63,766 bases of DNA, filler included, from Craspedostauros australis (GCA_030167865.1; 21 parts of 21 records of this genome joined end to end with filler, not necessarily neighbours in it), one strand, 5' to 3'. Numbered from the whole stretch's first letter, positions 35,682-48,163 are shown. Made by a program: numbers and translations. The notes: a model not told the origin generated them from the letters alone.

Positions 35682-36902
35682 ATGTTTCCCTCTGCTGCTG
35701 CCAAGGCCCTCTCCAAGGATGGCAACCCCTCTCCTCGTAAGAAGCCGTGTTCTACTTACCCTGTATCTGCTCCTCCATTCGACTCCAAGGGAAACTTGCT
35801 CCCAACCGCGGAGCAACTGTTGCCTGACAAGCCATCCGCTGCGTTGAGGAAGCCAACCACNATCACGCAAGTGATCGATGTGAAGCCGATGCATGCAGCG
35901 GATGGCAGCCTCGTCCCGAACGGTACGCATGCGCACGCCAGCGAGCTGCATGTGTACATTCACATCCTCCACGACAACGGAGGCGCCTACGACAACTCCA
36001 ACGTCAGGGTGCGATCCGAGGGACGAGGTGTCGGCGATGGAACAGTGGTGAGCGTTGTCGTCAACGCGCCGCCCCCGCCTGCTGCAGCTGATGTTGCGCC
36101 ACCTGTGGAGCCGACCCCACCAGCGAGGCTTCCCCGGCGTTGCAACACTGTTGTTGCTGGTGGCTACGCGGATCCCTCCCATGACAGTGACAGCACCTAC
36201 ATGGACGACAAGGAGGAACAGATGCGCGCCAGCAGGGGCAGGAGGGGCGGCAAGTTCGAGGGTGATACAGCAGAGGAGGGGAGCTGGAGACTTGATGCTG
36301 TGATCCGCGTGATGGAAGAGCTCACGGATCACATCGACATGGACGTGTTTAATTGCATGCCTGCCACGGGATTCATGCTTGGTGCCAAGTGCGACAGGCC
36401 AACCTGGTGGCACTTAACACGTGTGTGGGTCACTGTAGCTACTGCGCTCTGGGGTGTCTTGCTCCCTCACGAGGAATTGCCAACGCGCCAGATGCAACAG
36501 GTGGTGGCGTTTGTCCGCGCTCGCGCGGATCTACCGCCAACTACACTTGGTCTAAATCTATACACCCTATGTGTTAGGGGAGAAGCGACACTGGCCAACG
36601 CTGCCAGAGCTGTGCTNNNNNNNNNNNNNNNNNNNNNNNNNNNNNNNNNNNNNNNNNNNNNNNNNNCTCGGTCCGAATCTATACACCCTCTGTGTGAGGG
36701 GGGAAAAGACACTGGCTAACGCATCCAGGGCTGTGCTTGCTGCGTCTACGACATTCACTAACAGCTCTGCAATCCTGTCTCATCATGTGGAGACTCTTCC
36801 AGAGGACCAACGTATTCGTGTCAAGCCTGCACGCGCTACTATGACCCGGAGTCAACTAACAACCTTGCGACATGCTTTTGAAATGTTCAGCCGCGGCAAA
36901 AT
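35682..36902 (+). CDS. Hypothetical protein of a multicopy family (3'-truncated)
   Basis: ORF of more than 300 codons; diverged variants of its 5' region (34913-35143 vs 35487-35718) and C-part (about 36546-36616 vs 36667-36737) sit in the same scaffold; no recognisable domain. Confidence 0.45.
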
Positions 36903-37002
36903 NNNNNNNNNNNNNNNNNNNNNNNNNNNNNNNNNNNNNNNNNNNNTTAATTAATTAANNNNNNNNNNNNNNNNNNNNNNNNNNNNNNNNNNNNNNNNNN
37001 NN

Positions 37003-38535
37003 GTGTGAACGTCAAGCTTGGCAGGCGGATGCCCTGGCTTCCGGACAGTGACACGAGACCCAAACACACGTAGGTGCCCGAGATCTAGCTTGACCCCATG
37101 TTGGAGCTCGTAGGGAGTCTTGGAGATGGACACATGCCACAACTGGTTCTTCAGGTAGACCGAATGCACGAGCGCAAGGGCCCAGAACTGCGGCTTGAGA
37201 CCCGCGGAATACAGTAGGGCCCTCGTCANNNNNNNNNNNNNNNNNNNNNNNNNNNNNNNNNNNNNNNNNNNNNNNNNNGCCAAAAGTGCGGTTCAGCCGC
37301 TCCACCTTCCCATTCATCCAGGAGCAACCAGCACCAGTGGGCTCGAGATTGTACCCAGCATCACGGACGGCCACTTGGAAAGCTCCAGATCGAGTAAGCT
37401 CCCCGCCTGTATCGACACGCACCGCGCGATGACCCGAACGTCGGCCAAAATCACCCAGAAGTTTGGAGAATATCTCAACTGGAGGCGACCTGTCCTTGGT
37501 TGGAAACACCCACGTATATCGTGTGTACGCATCCGTGATGAGGAGGTACGACGTGAAGCCTTCGAGGGATAGGACAACCCGGCGATTGGCATCGCGGCCG
37601 CGTGGCTTTGCAGCACCATATGCCTCGTTGGTGGCACGCATGAAACCGAAGTCTGCATGGAACCGAGCGCCCGGATGTGGTTCAACAGTGTCCACGTTGG
37701 GTCCGCGAGCGGCCTTCTGGCGGTGAGCCTGGCTGCACGTCGTGCAGTGTCGCAACGGGTGCGCGCTGGACCGTAGTTTGCCAGGGACGCCAGTGACATG
37801 CGCAGGCAACTTCTCCAACTGCGACATGCCGGGGTGTCCCAGGCGCAGGTGCCATAGCTCCGCTTGCAAGGCCGGCGACGAAGTCTGAATGGCGAACGCC
37901 ATGGGTGACCGCGTGGAGTCGCCGTTGAAGAAGTACAACCCATTGGACTGAGTCATAGAGGCAGAGCAGTCACCGCTTGCACCATGGAACGTGAGCGTGG
38001 CGCCTTGTAGGGTGGATGCAAATGTGAAGCGCTGGAAGGCATTGTCACTCTGTCGCACGATGGACTGTGGCGAGATGAGTGTCTCAGCCAGGTTGGGGCA
38101 AAGCGCGGTCCAGACTGAGATAGTCGACCCCTCGCACGTGGGAACGTCCAGGAAGCCTTCACCCGGGCATACCATGGACTCAGCAAGAGCATCAGCTGCC
38201 GCCAGCATGAGAGGTGAGGAGAAAGGCTGGTAATCCCTCAGGACTTCCTTGTACGGAGTCGCGCTCACATTGGCACCGATGTCGCATTGACCCACACCGC
38301 CATAAGGATTCCAGGCCCGAATGCCGGATCCATCAGTACAAGCGGCGTGAACACAGCAGGCCCTGACCACAGCATATCCCATAAGCTTTTGTGGCTGGAT
38401 GGCGGAGGGAGCAGGAAGAGCAAGCACGGAAACCTCATCAATGTGATGACCTGCTGGTTTCCCGCTGTTGCGATTGTTGAAAGATGGCCGTTCACCAGAG
38501 AGCTCGCTTACTCCTGGCCGGCAGACCAAAAATCC
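37003..38535 (-). CDS. pol of Copia lineage C (protease, GAG-pre-integrase, integrase), in the -1 frame relative to gag
   Basis: Motifs QCDIGANVS, ELWHLRLGHPG...CTTC, FHADFGFM, VRVDTGGEL, NGKVERLNRTF, FWALAL, HLRVFGS. Confidence 0.9.
38487..38535 (-). promoter_or_regulatory. Putative -1 programmed ribosomal frameshift signal
   Basis: In-phase G GAT TTT (38535-38529), 6-nt spacer, then a 36-nt hairpin containing the gag stop. Confidence 0.75.
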
Positions 38536-39585
38536 TGGTCAACGGATTCGAGCACTTCATTGGACACCACGAGGTTGGCAATGGACTCATGTTCATCCCC
38601 GCTGTAGCGCTGGATGGCCCGAGCGTTGGCCGTGAAGGTCTGCTTGGTGAAGTGCCCGCGGAACTTGTCACGCATGGCGTCAGCATACTCCGAATGCGAC
38701 GCAGCGTACTCGTTCATGTGCGCATGGCGCCCAAAAGTCTTGCACGTGTCCTTGGTGTGACCCATGTTGCAGCAGGCCTCACAGAAGGCACCAGGCACCG
38801 GCTTGTAAAAGGCGTGCTGGCGCCTCTTGGGACATTGGCCTTGGCAACCACCACCACCGCGTCCTTGACTGCGTGTGTTGACACGATGCGCGACACCTCG
38901 AGCAGGCTGCTGGGGAAGATCCGCAATTTCCTGCCCAAGTTGCTCCACGCGCAGATTGATGGGAAGGTCCTTGGGCACGGCAACGCCACGGACGGCAGTA
39001 TGGAAGTGCCCCAGTTCGTACCCATGNCCACGAAGTTCTTCAAGGAAGTGGCGCGTGAGCTCCAGCTGGGAGATGTGTCGGCGAAACACGAGGCCCTCCA
39101 CAAGCTGGAAGCTGAACAGCTGTTCAGCGTACGTCGCAACGGACCCTTGAAAAGCTGGAGCCTTGTGGACCTGCGACTGGACGGCATCATACGCGCCAGA
39201 GAGCAGTGTATGAATGAAGACGTACGCGGAAAGCCGGTGCGGCATGATGCCGATGCTGCTGGTGTACTTCAGGCGAAGCGCGGCATGCTCCAGGTTGATG
39301 ACACCATCGGCCTGCAGCTTCACCACCAGCTGGTCATTCATGGCAAAGACACGGTGACCGTGGGCATTGCGAGGAATGACGGAAGAGGACGGCTGGAACG
39401 AACTCAGCGGGCAAGAGTGCAAGTCCGCACGTGCAGCAGCAGCCTGGAACTGGCCATACCAGTTGAAGATCGCGGTGGGCGAGTCATCCTTGAGGGGCAG
39501 ACGCCACTTGTCCCAGGCCTGACCAACACCGTAGTCCAGACGCTCGAGAGCGGGCGGGACCTCGTAGGTACGGTGTCGCCGGAAC
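38508..39585 (-). CDS. gag C-terminal part of a Copia element (lineage C), with CCHC knuckle
   Basis: Frame open from the scaffold edge to TAA at 38508; CEACCNMGHTKDTC = CX2CX4HX4C. Confidence 0.8.
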
Positions 39586-39685
39586 NNNNNNNNNNNNNNN
39601 NNNNNNNNNNNNNNNNNNNNNNNNNNNNNTTAATTAATTAANNNNNNNNNNNNNNNNNNNNNNNNNNNNNNNNNNNNNNNNNNNN

Positions 39686-40337
39686 CATCCCAGTGAAGAC
39701 ACCGATCAAGGTCCGTGTGGACAACATCGGAGCAATCTTCATCGCCAAGAACCCATCAACATCCCAACGGTCGCGGCACATCGATGTGCGCCATCACTAC
39801 GTGAGGAACATGGTAATCAACAAGACCATTGAAATCATATTTGTCAAATCCGAGCAGAACACAAGCGACGGATTCACCAAAAACATCAAGGCCGACTTAC
39901 AACGCGAACACGAGAAGTCGTACCTTGACACATCGAGAACATTCGAATGACCGAATGCACATAGGNNNNNNNNNNNNNNNNNNNNNNNNNNNNNNNNNNN
40001 NNNNNNNNNNNNNNNCCTTTCCGAAGCGGCAAAGGAAATCTTCTTCGTCGTGCAGCTACTCGAAAGTGTGGGCGTCCCAGTGAAAACACCGATCAAGGTC
40101 CGTGTGGACAACATCGGAGCAATCTTCATTGCCAAGAACCCATCGACATCCCAACGATCGCGGCACATCGACGTGCGCCATCACTACGTGAGGAACATGG
40201 TAATCAACAAAACCATCGANNNNNNNNNNNNNNNNNNNNNNNNNNNNNNNNNNNNNNNNNNNNNNNNNNNNNNNNNNNNNNNNNNNNNNNNNNNNNNNNN
40301 NAAGTCGTACCTTGACACATCGAGAACATTCGAATGA
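39686..40337 (+). mobile_element. Copia RNase H end (two overlapping variants), followed by PPT AGGAAGGG
   Basis: EAAKEI, VDNIGAIF, RSRHIDVRHHYVR, SDGFTKN; purine tract 40350-40357 abuts the LTR. Confidence 0.92.
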
Positions 40338-40357
40338 CCGAATGCACATAGGAAGGG

Positions 40358-41146
40358 TGTCGAGATGTACATGTGAGTATATGTCAAGATGTAAGTGTAT
40401 ATGTGCATCGCTCACCTGTTATTCTCTCATACGCACTTGGACGGTATAACTATACTCGTGTCGATAGTATACTGTGATTCGTCAGAATTATAGTGGAAAC
40501 GGAACACACGAAAAGGGGCAAGATTTCTGGAGAAAATTTGCAATCGACGATTTCTGAGAGAATTAGAACATCGTCCGTCCATCCATCAATGGTACCAAGA
40601 GAATCTCAAGGTACTTCCCAACTAAACCTCAGATGACGATATCATCTGACAGACTACTGCATCACCAATGGAACGTGACATCTGGAGAGCAGAAGGAAGC
40701 CCACTGACGTCGACAGGATGTCAACATGTCACCACGTCGACAGTTGTCTCCAAGTCAGAGCAGGGGGCGAAGATACGATGACCCATGAAGATCATGGATA
40801 CAGAAGGTGAACTTCAAATGGCGAGTACTCATGGAGTAGGAACCAGTACTGAATGAACAGAGTGTCGAATGCGGAGTACGCATCGAACACGGAGTATCGT
40901 GTAGCACGAGTACACGATGTTGAGAGATGGAGAGAATACAGAGAGGAGCGAGAGAGCATCTCGCGTACCAACTCATAGTCGGAGACCGAATCTACGAAAC
41001 AAATTGAAGCACCAAGAGCATCGGGCAAGAGAACGGCGTACACCGAGAGGATCGGAGTAGCCAACGTAATGAAATAGCAAACGAACGACTATCAACCAAC
41101 ACCATCTTCCACGATCGTAGGTTACCGTGAGCGGAACTTGCCAACA
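40358..41146 (+). repeat. 3' LTR (family A type), 789 bp
   Basis: Starts TGTCGAGA right after the PPT and ends GAACTTGCCAACA; homologous to the LTRs at 6039 and 53992. Confidence 0.92.
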
Positions 41147-41397
41147 TGGGAACGTTCTTGCCCTTTGCCTTCGCCTTGAACTTGAAGTTGTCCTGGTGGC
41201 TCTCGGTGTTGTGCGAGAGACGCCAGCGGCGGCATTTGGCGCACCACATGAACGTCTTGTCGTTGACAAGCTTGCGCTGTGGTTCACCGGGCTTGGGGGC
41301 TTTGGACGACCACCTCTGGCCGGCGTTGCGTTTGGCGTCGCGTTCCTTGGGCTTCCTGGAGTTGTTCCTCTTTCCGTCGTTCTTGGAGAAACCCTTG
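41147..41397 (-). mobile_element. gag fragment of another CoDi-like element, interrupted by the LTR
   Basis: PKPGEPQRKLVNDKTFMWCAKCRRWRLSHNTESH (WC-x2-C...H-x4-H motif); the reading frame runs into the LTR end. Confidence 0.7.
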
Positions 41398-42464
41398 NNN
41401 NNNNNNNNNNNNNNNNNNNNNNNNNNNNNNNNNNNNNNNNNTTAATTAATTAANNNNNNNNNNNNNNNNNNNNNNNNNNNNNNNNNNNNNNNNNNNNCGA
41501 AGCGAAGAATTGAAGGAGAAGAGCGATTAGGTCGAATTAGTCGAATACTGACGTGGTTGATACATTTGCCGAGTGTCCCTGCAGCGAGAGGATGACTATT
41601 GGTATTATGATCTGTGCACACCGTCCCCTGATTGCATTGTGTGCACTGTGTGCATTGCAGTATTCGTTTTGATCATTATACCTTCCACACCGTTGCAATA
41701 CTTCTCGTGCTATCCCTTAACGACCCAACGCCCATATTATGGGCAATAAAAATTTCATAATCAGTTATTCCAACTTTCGACCCCAACGCCTACNNNNNNN
41801 NNNNNNNNNNNNNNNNNNNNNNNNNNNNNNNNNNNNNNNNNNNAAGCAAAACACAAAGAAAGCGAAAATCAGATAGAAATGGGTGCCACGTGTCGTGACA
41901 GGAGCTCCGAAAAAGCGAATTCTGGCCACTTGCATCACGTTTTGCCTCTAAAACGCTAGGCTGATGCCATCATAACTTAATAACCAAAGGCTAGACTCAC
42001 TGTCTAGCACCTGGTCCTTATTGCCGATGTGTTAAAGTATATATGTTAAATTTTAGTCTCCATAGGAGCCCATTTTTCAGAATCCTGCCGTGGTCGTACG
42101 GTCATTGGCTGACGTGGGTCCTATGGATATTGCATCATGTGTGGAAGCGATCTGAATCACTTCTGAGTCATACTGCCNACGGAGTTGCGTCTGTCATCGT
42201 TCCCTCTCGGATGTGATGGCTCGTCCACGGAATGTCCGATGAGATTGTCCTCTGCTGAACCAAAGGTCGCGCCACACCGCATCACAGATGTGCAGTTGAT
42301 CATTGAAGTCCCCAGGCGCGTATCTTTGTGCCATCGATTGCGTCGTGGTCAAATTGGTTGAGAAGTCGAGGAGAGACGATGCCGCCGACTTTCGACACAA
42401 ACGCGCCCCCACACGATCGTCATCCAAGGCGGAAGCCAGACGAGCATGGGAGCCTTTGTTCTAT

Positions 42465-44979
42465 CCCTTAACGACCCAACGCCCATATTATGGGCAATAA
42501 AAATTTCATAATCAGTTATTCCAACTTTCGACCCCAACGCCTACNNNNNNNNNNNNNNNNNNNNNNNNNNNNNNNNNNNNNNNNNNNNTCCTCTTTCCAA
42601 CCATGCTATTACATTTATATGTCTTCTACTGTTGTTAGGTTGATATCGTCGCCTAAAGTACTCGTGAGTCAATTTCGAGCTGCGGGACTGTCGCTCAATC
42701 CATTGGCGAGAGGGGAATCGCCAAATTGGCGAGGCCGCATTTTCGTTTTTTCGCATTTTCTTCCTCGCCAACACCCGAGCGTCATACCTTTGCTGTTGTG
42801 AATCGGCATGCCTCTTCCTCCCAATGCAATGCTTGCAGGTTGCGGTGCCTGCTTCTCTTACCATGCAACCAGCATGACAGCATGTGAGCATGGCATCATG
42901 TGAGCATGGCATCATGTGAGCATTGCAGCATGGCAACATTGCAGCATGGCAACATCACAGGATGGCTGCATCGCAACATCGCATAATCGCAACATCGCAT
43001 AATCACAACATCGCACGATCACAGCATTGCTGCATCACAGCGTCGCGGCATCACAGCGTCGCGGCATCACAGCGTCGCGGCATCACAGCGTCGCGGCATC
43101 ACAGCGTCGCGGCATCACAGCATTGCAGCATCGCGGCATCACAGCGTTGTGGCATCGCGCCATCACAGCATCGCGACATCACATCATCACGGCATCGCGG
43201 CATCACATCATCACAGCGTCGCGGCATCACATCATCACAGCGTCGCGGCATCACAGCATTGCAGCGTCGTGGCATCACAGCATTGTGGCATCGTGCCATC
43301 ACATCATCACAGTGTCGTGGCATTGCAGCATCACAGCATCACAGCGTCGTGGCATTGCACCATCACGGCATCGCGCCATCACATCATCGCAGTGTCGCGA
43401 CATCACAGCATTGCAGCGTTGCAACATCACGGCATCGCGCCATCACATCATCGCAGCGTCGCGACATCACAGCATTGCAGCGTTGCGACATCACAGCGTT
43501 GCAGCATTGCAGGATCACACCATCACGGCATCACATCATTGCAACATCACATCATTGCAACATCACAGCGTTGCGGCATTGCAGGATCACACCATCACGG
43601 CATCACGGCATCGCACCATCACATCATCGCAACATCACAGCATTGCAGTGTTGCGACATCACAGCGTCGCGGCATTGCAGGATCACACCATCACGGCATC
43701 ACACCATCACATCATCGCAGCGTTGCGACATCACAGCATTGCAGTGTTGCGACATCACACCATCACGGCATCACATCATTGCAACATCACAGCGTCGCAG
43801 CATCACAGCGTCGCGGAATTGCAGCATCACATCATCGCGGCATCACAGCACCGCGGCATCCCAACATTGCAGCATCGCGGCATTGCAACATCACAGCATC
43901 AGATCACATCAGTCCAAGTTGCATCATGGTTGATCCCCCAAAGAAGCCATCACGAAAGCGCGCACCCCCCACAGGCACATTGCCATCCTTGCCTGCACAC
44001 AAGCCCCTTGCATATGACGGGTCACCCTACAGCAGCTCACGGCCACATATCATATTCCTGAATGGTGTGCCTTCCTCTGCCATCTTCTTTGGAGACAACA
44101 ACAGCACATCTAATTCTGAGCGAAGTCCAACCTACAGAGACTTCCTTGGAAACAATGAATCCTGCAACACCACCAACATCTGGGGCAATCCTAATCTGCC
44201 TGGTTTGGATACCACTGCCTCCTCATTGGACNNNNNNNNNNNNNNNNNNNNNNNNNNNNNNNNNNNNNNNNNNNNNNNNNNNNATCAGCCCTGCCATGAC
44301 GATGCCACAAATGGCAGCACAGTCAGCCCCATCCCTTCGCCAACACGAAAATCCTACACCAACAGCATTACTACACCAGAGTTCTCCACAGACAGCACCA
44401 CCACGCGAGGAAGCTTGGAGGGTTGTGCATGCTTCACTGGTGATGGCAGCAACCAGAGAACCATTCCGCAACTGAACTTCCCTCCATTCCCAACACCAAC
44501 AGATGGGCAATCCAGGCGCAATACCGTCGTCTGCTCCAAAGAATCCACCAAGCCACCCTGGGATTCCCGCCATGCAGCCTCCCCAGGGGACAACATCGCC
44601 AGTCCTCCGGTACCTCTTCTTCATCCCATGGCTCCTCCTCCGTACACGCCCCTACCCATTGGAAATCACAAGCCAAGATTTGCTGGCATTCGGAATTTGA
44701 AGACAACAGTGGGCAGCCTTCTCAAGATCATTTTTCCACATACCTTGATGGAAAGAATCCAACAGCATTCGAACAATCATCTATGGAAGAGCGGCAGCAT
44801 GGCCCCTGCCATCACAATTTCCGAGCTGTACATATTCCTGGCAATGTACTACTACATGGGAGTATGGAACGCACCATCAAAAAGGGACTATTGGCGTGGC
44901 ACCTGCGTATCCGTCCCTACTAACACACTCATGACCCACCTGAGCAGGAATCGATATGACATCATCTTCCAGCATATCC
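42465..44979 (+). mobile_element. piggyBac-like DNA transposon, left end and transposase 5' part (a second left end lies at 41714-41793)
   Basis: Terminus CCCTTAACGACCC. ORF from ATG 43926 has IIFPHTLMERIQQHSN, ITISELYIFLAMYYYMG...KRDYW and LSRNRYDII, matching the N-terminal motifs of piggyBac (DDE_Tnp_1_7) transposases. Confidence 0.8.
42880..43915 (+). repeat. About 1 kb degenerate 8-bp tandem array (CRTYRYRN; CATCACAG/CGTCGCGG)
   Basis: Strict 8-nt periodicity read directly; it produces spurious S/H/R/I/T/A-rich ORFs. Confidence 0.92.
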
Positions 44980-45079
44980 NNNNNNNNNNNNNNNNNNNNN
45001 NNNNNNNNNNNNNNNNNNNNNNNTTAATTAATTAANNNNNNNNNNNNNNNNNNNNNNNNNNNNNNNNNNNNNNNNNNNN

Positions 45080-48000
45080 GGCAAGGCGTACTCAATTGCC
45101 TTCATGAATCTCAGTGTAAGCGCCGATCTTGCGTCCTCTGGGGAGATCTGCGCAGTACGCATCTTTCCTCCGACGTCTTCGGCTTTCTTTCACAACTGCT
45201 TCACTTGCTCCCCATTGTCTCTGTCAAGCTCAATGAGCACACCCAGGGTGAACAGCGGCTGATCCATCGTCTTGTTGGGGATCTCCGCTCTTGTACCTTG
45301 TCCTTCGTCGATNNNNNNNNNNNNNNNNNNNNNNNNNNNNNNNNNNNNNNNNNNNNNNNNNNGCTGATCCATCGTCTTGTTGGGGATCTCCGCTCTTGTA
45401 CCTTGTCCTTCGTCGATGCGAATATTGGTGGTGGCCTTGGCATCGCGCCGTTCCCATCTATCGGTGTTGAACTCCGGTTGGATGGCCCACCATGCTGACT
45501 TCTCTGGTACCAGCGCTCCTCCTGTGACTTGCAGCAGTTGGCTCAAATCCTGGACTGTCTGTTTCAAGGCTTCGGTATCGGCGCCGTCGTGCTCCCGTTG
45601 CTCGAGTCGGATCAGGTCGGTATCATCAACCAATTCCAAGCCTAGCACTGGTATGAACTCTCCCAGCAGACTGGACAAGGCCAACATGTGGCCCAGTCTT
45701 GTCATGGCCTTAAACATGACAGAGCTGATACCAGCCCAGATTGCAGGGCCTGCCCCATTGTCTTGTCCAATGCCATGCATGTCACAGTCAGTGCCTTTTT
45801 GTAGCACCTGCTGGACACTCCATATGCAGTGTTGATGTGGTGTCTGGCATCGTGTAGGNNNNNNNNNNNNNNNNNNNNNNNNNNNNNNNNNNNNNNNNNN
45901 NNNNNNNNAGGGACACTAGTAGCGCCGGCGCCATGATGTATCGCCACTGCGTCTGGGTGAGCTGGACTAGCGGCAAGGCGTACTCAATTGCCATCATGAA
46001 TCTCAGTGTAAGCGCCGATCTTGCGTCCTCTGGGGAGATCTGCGCAGTACGCATCCTTCCTCCGACGTCTTCGGCTTTCTTTCACAACTGCTTCACTTGC
46101 TCCCCATTGTCTCTGTCAAACTCAATGAGCACACCCAGGGTGAACAGCGGCTGATCCATCGTCTTGTTGGGGATCTCCGCTCTTGTACCTTGTCCTTTGT
46201 CGATGCGAATATTGGTGGTGGCCTTGGCATCGCGCCGTTCCCATTTATCGGTGTTGAACTCTGGTTGGATGGCCCACCATGCTGACTTCTCTGGTACCAG
46301 CACTCCTCCTGTAACTTGCAGCAGTTGGCTCTAATCCTGGACTATCTGTTTCAAGGCTTCGGTATCGGCGCCGTCGTGCTCCCGTTGCTCGAGTCNNNNN
46401 NNNNNNNNNNNNNNNNNNNNNNNNNNNNNNNNNNNNNNNNNNNNNNNNNNNNNNNNNNNNNNNNNNNNNNNNNTGTGGCCCAGTCTTGTCATGGCCTTAA
46501 ACATGACAGAGCTGATACCAGCCCAGATTGCAGGGCCTGCCCCATTGTCTTGTCCAATGCTATGCATGTCACAGTCAGTGCCTTTTTGTAGCACCTGCTG
46601 GACACTCCATATGCAGTGTTGATGTGGTGTCTGGCATCGTGTAGGGTTTTGAACATGCTCCTTGTAGCCGATCCGTTCGCACCCGCGGCCATCATCGCCG
46701 CAGCCACACAGTTGGGTATGATCCTGTTGGAATACAACTTCGCATCATTGGAACAGAACACCACTGCTACCTTATGTTGGAATCCAAGGACAATGGTGAG
46801 CTGCTTGCTCAGTGCAACACTCATCGCCGATCTGCGCTTTCGGCTCCCAAACTGAAAGCCCGATAGCCAGCCGGCCTTCTCCGCCGTCTGCATCATCTGC
46901 TTGCCGAGCCACTTGTTGTTCAGGTTGAATTGTGCGTCCATGAGCTGTATCGTACGCAATTTTCAATGTTGAACACTTGTGCCTTCTTGAGAATTTCCAC
47001 ATTGGTATTGCCACGGGTTTGGGGAATGCCCGGTCTGGTATGGTGCCTCCTTTAGCATTGTATCCACGTGGGCCAGTGCCTGAACCATTGCAGCAGCCTT
47101 GCAATGATCAAAATGGGGACAGCTCAGCTCTGAATTGGTGAGCTCCATCTGCTTTTTCCAGGCCTTCGAATGCTCCATTACAGTGAGTTCCGACTCGTCC
47201 TGCACAATAGACTCAAGGGACTCCAACAGAGCCCTGATCATGGGGTCAATTGTCTCTGGTATGGGTGCCTCCGTCTCAACGAGCTGTCGTCCAAGTTCTG
47301 GTGTCCATATACGGTCCATGAGTTGCTTGCCCTGGCCGATCATACAGGGGGCGCTGTTGACCTGGGAGAACCTCTTCTTGTTTTCACGGATGCATGCTGT
47401 GACTATCTTGTACTGCTCATTACATTCATACAGCTGTCCTTGTTGTCCATTAACAGAACTTTGGTGGTCATCAATTTGCCTTGCCCAAACGCTGCTCTGA
47501 GGCTGCCGGCTTGCTCTCGCTGCTTCTCCCTGTTCAGGAGCATTTGTAGAGCAGCTTCGTAATCCTGTTCGTTTGAGTCATGCCGTTGTCTTGCCATCTG
47601 CACCAGGTGATCTTGCCTTGCTTGCGTGTGCTCTATATTTTGCTTCTAGTAGGCTTTGTATGCTTCAGAGCACATTTGCTGTGCTTGTTGGAGGTTCATG
47701 CCTTCCTAGAGACCTACCCACTTTCTGGCTCGCTGTTGAAGAGAGGAGTTCACTTTCACACCCAGGAGATGCTTCACCTCAAGTGACCAGTGTCGAATCA
47801 TGTCCTGAGAGCGTTGTATCTCTGGCGACCATGCGACTTCCCCCATTTTCAACTTGCTGCACCCTTTCTCTGCAAACTGCCTGATCTGGTTCGTTTGTTC
47901 CAGGAGCTTGTCGAACTGGAGGCGCTGCTCTTGTGTCATGGTCCATCCTTGGGCCTTTGCTGTTGCCAACAATTCCTCCACGTGTCTGTGTATGTTGCGT

Positions 48001-48163
48001 TTGCTGTATTCTTCGAAAAAGAGCATGGTCCAGCTTTTTGCTGCAAAAAAAAAATGGTAGTTTGGAAATCAGTCCCCGTGCTTCCACCTGTCATTTGGGA
48101 TGGAAGATGAAAAAGGTGCGATTGCGGTCGGACTTGTCTGTATCCACTGACATGAACAATGTG
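45080..48163 (-). pseudogene. Decayed non-LTR retrotransposon RT region (Ambal-like LINE)
   Basis: RTIQLMDAQFNLNNK, QFGSRK, SNDAK...RI, GIGQDNGAGPAIW, VDDTDL and TGGALVPEKS, with stops and frameshifts. Confidence 0.85.

Noticed and set aside
38484..39641. Long antisense ORFs over gag/pol, patatin and SIT
   Set aside because: Shadow frames produced by codon bias on the coding strand; no motifs.
42923..44061. Long His/Ser/Arg-rich ORFs as novel proteins (e.g. silica-associated)
   Set aside because: All three forward frames are open only because the 8-bp array lacks stop codons.
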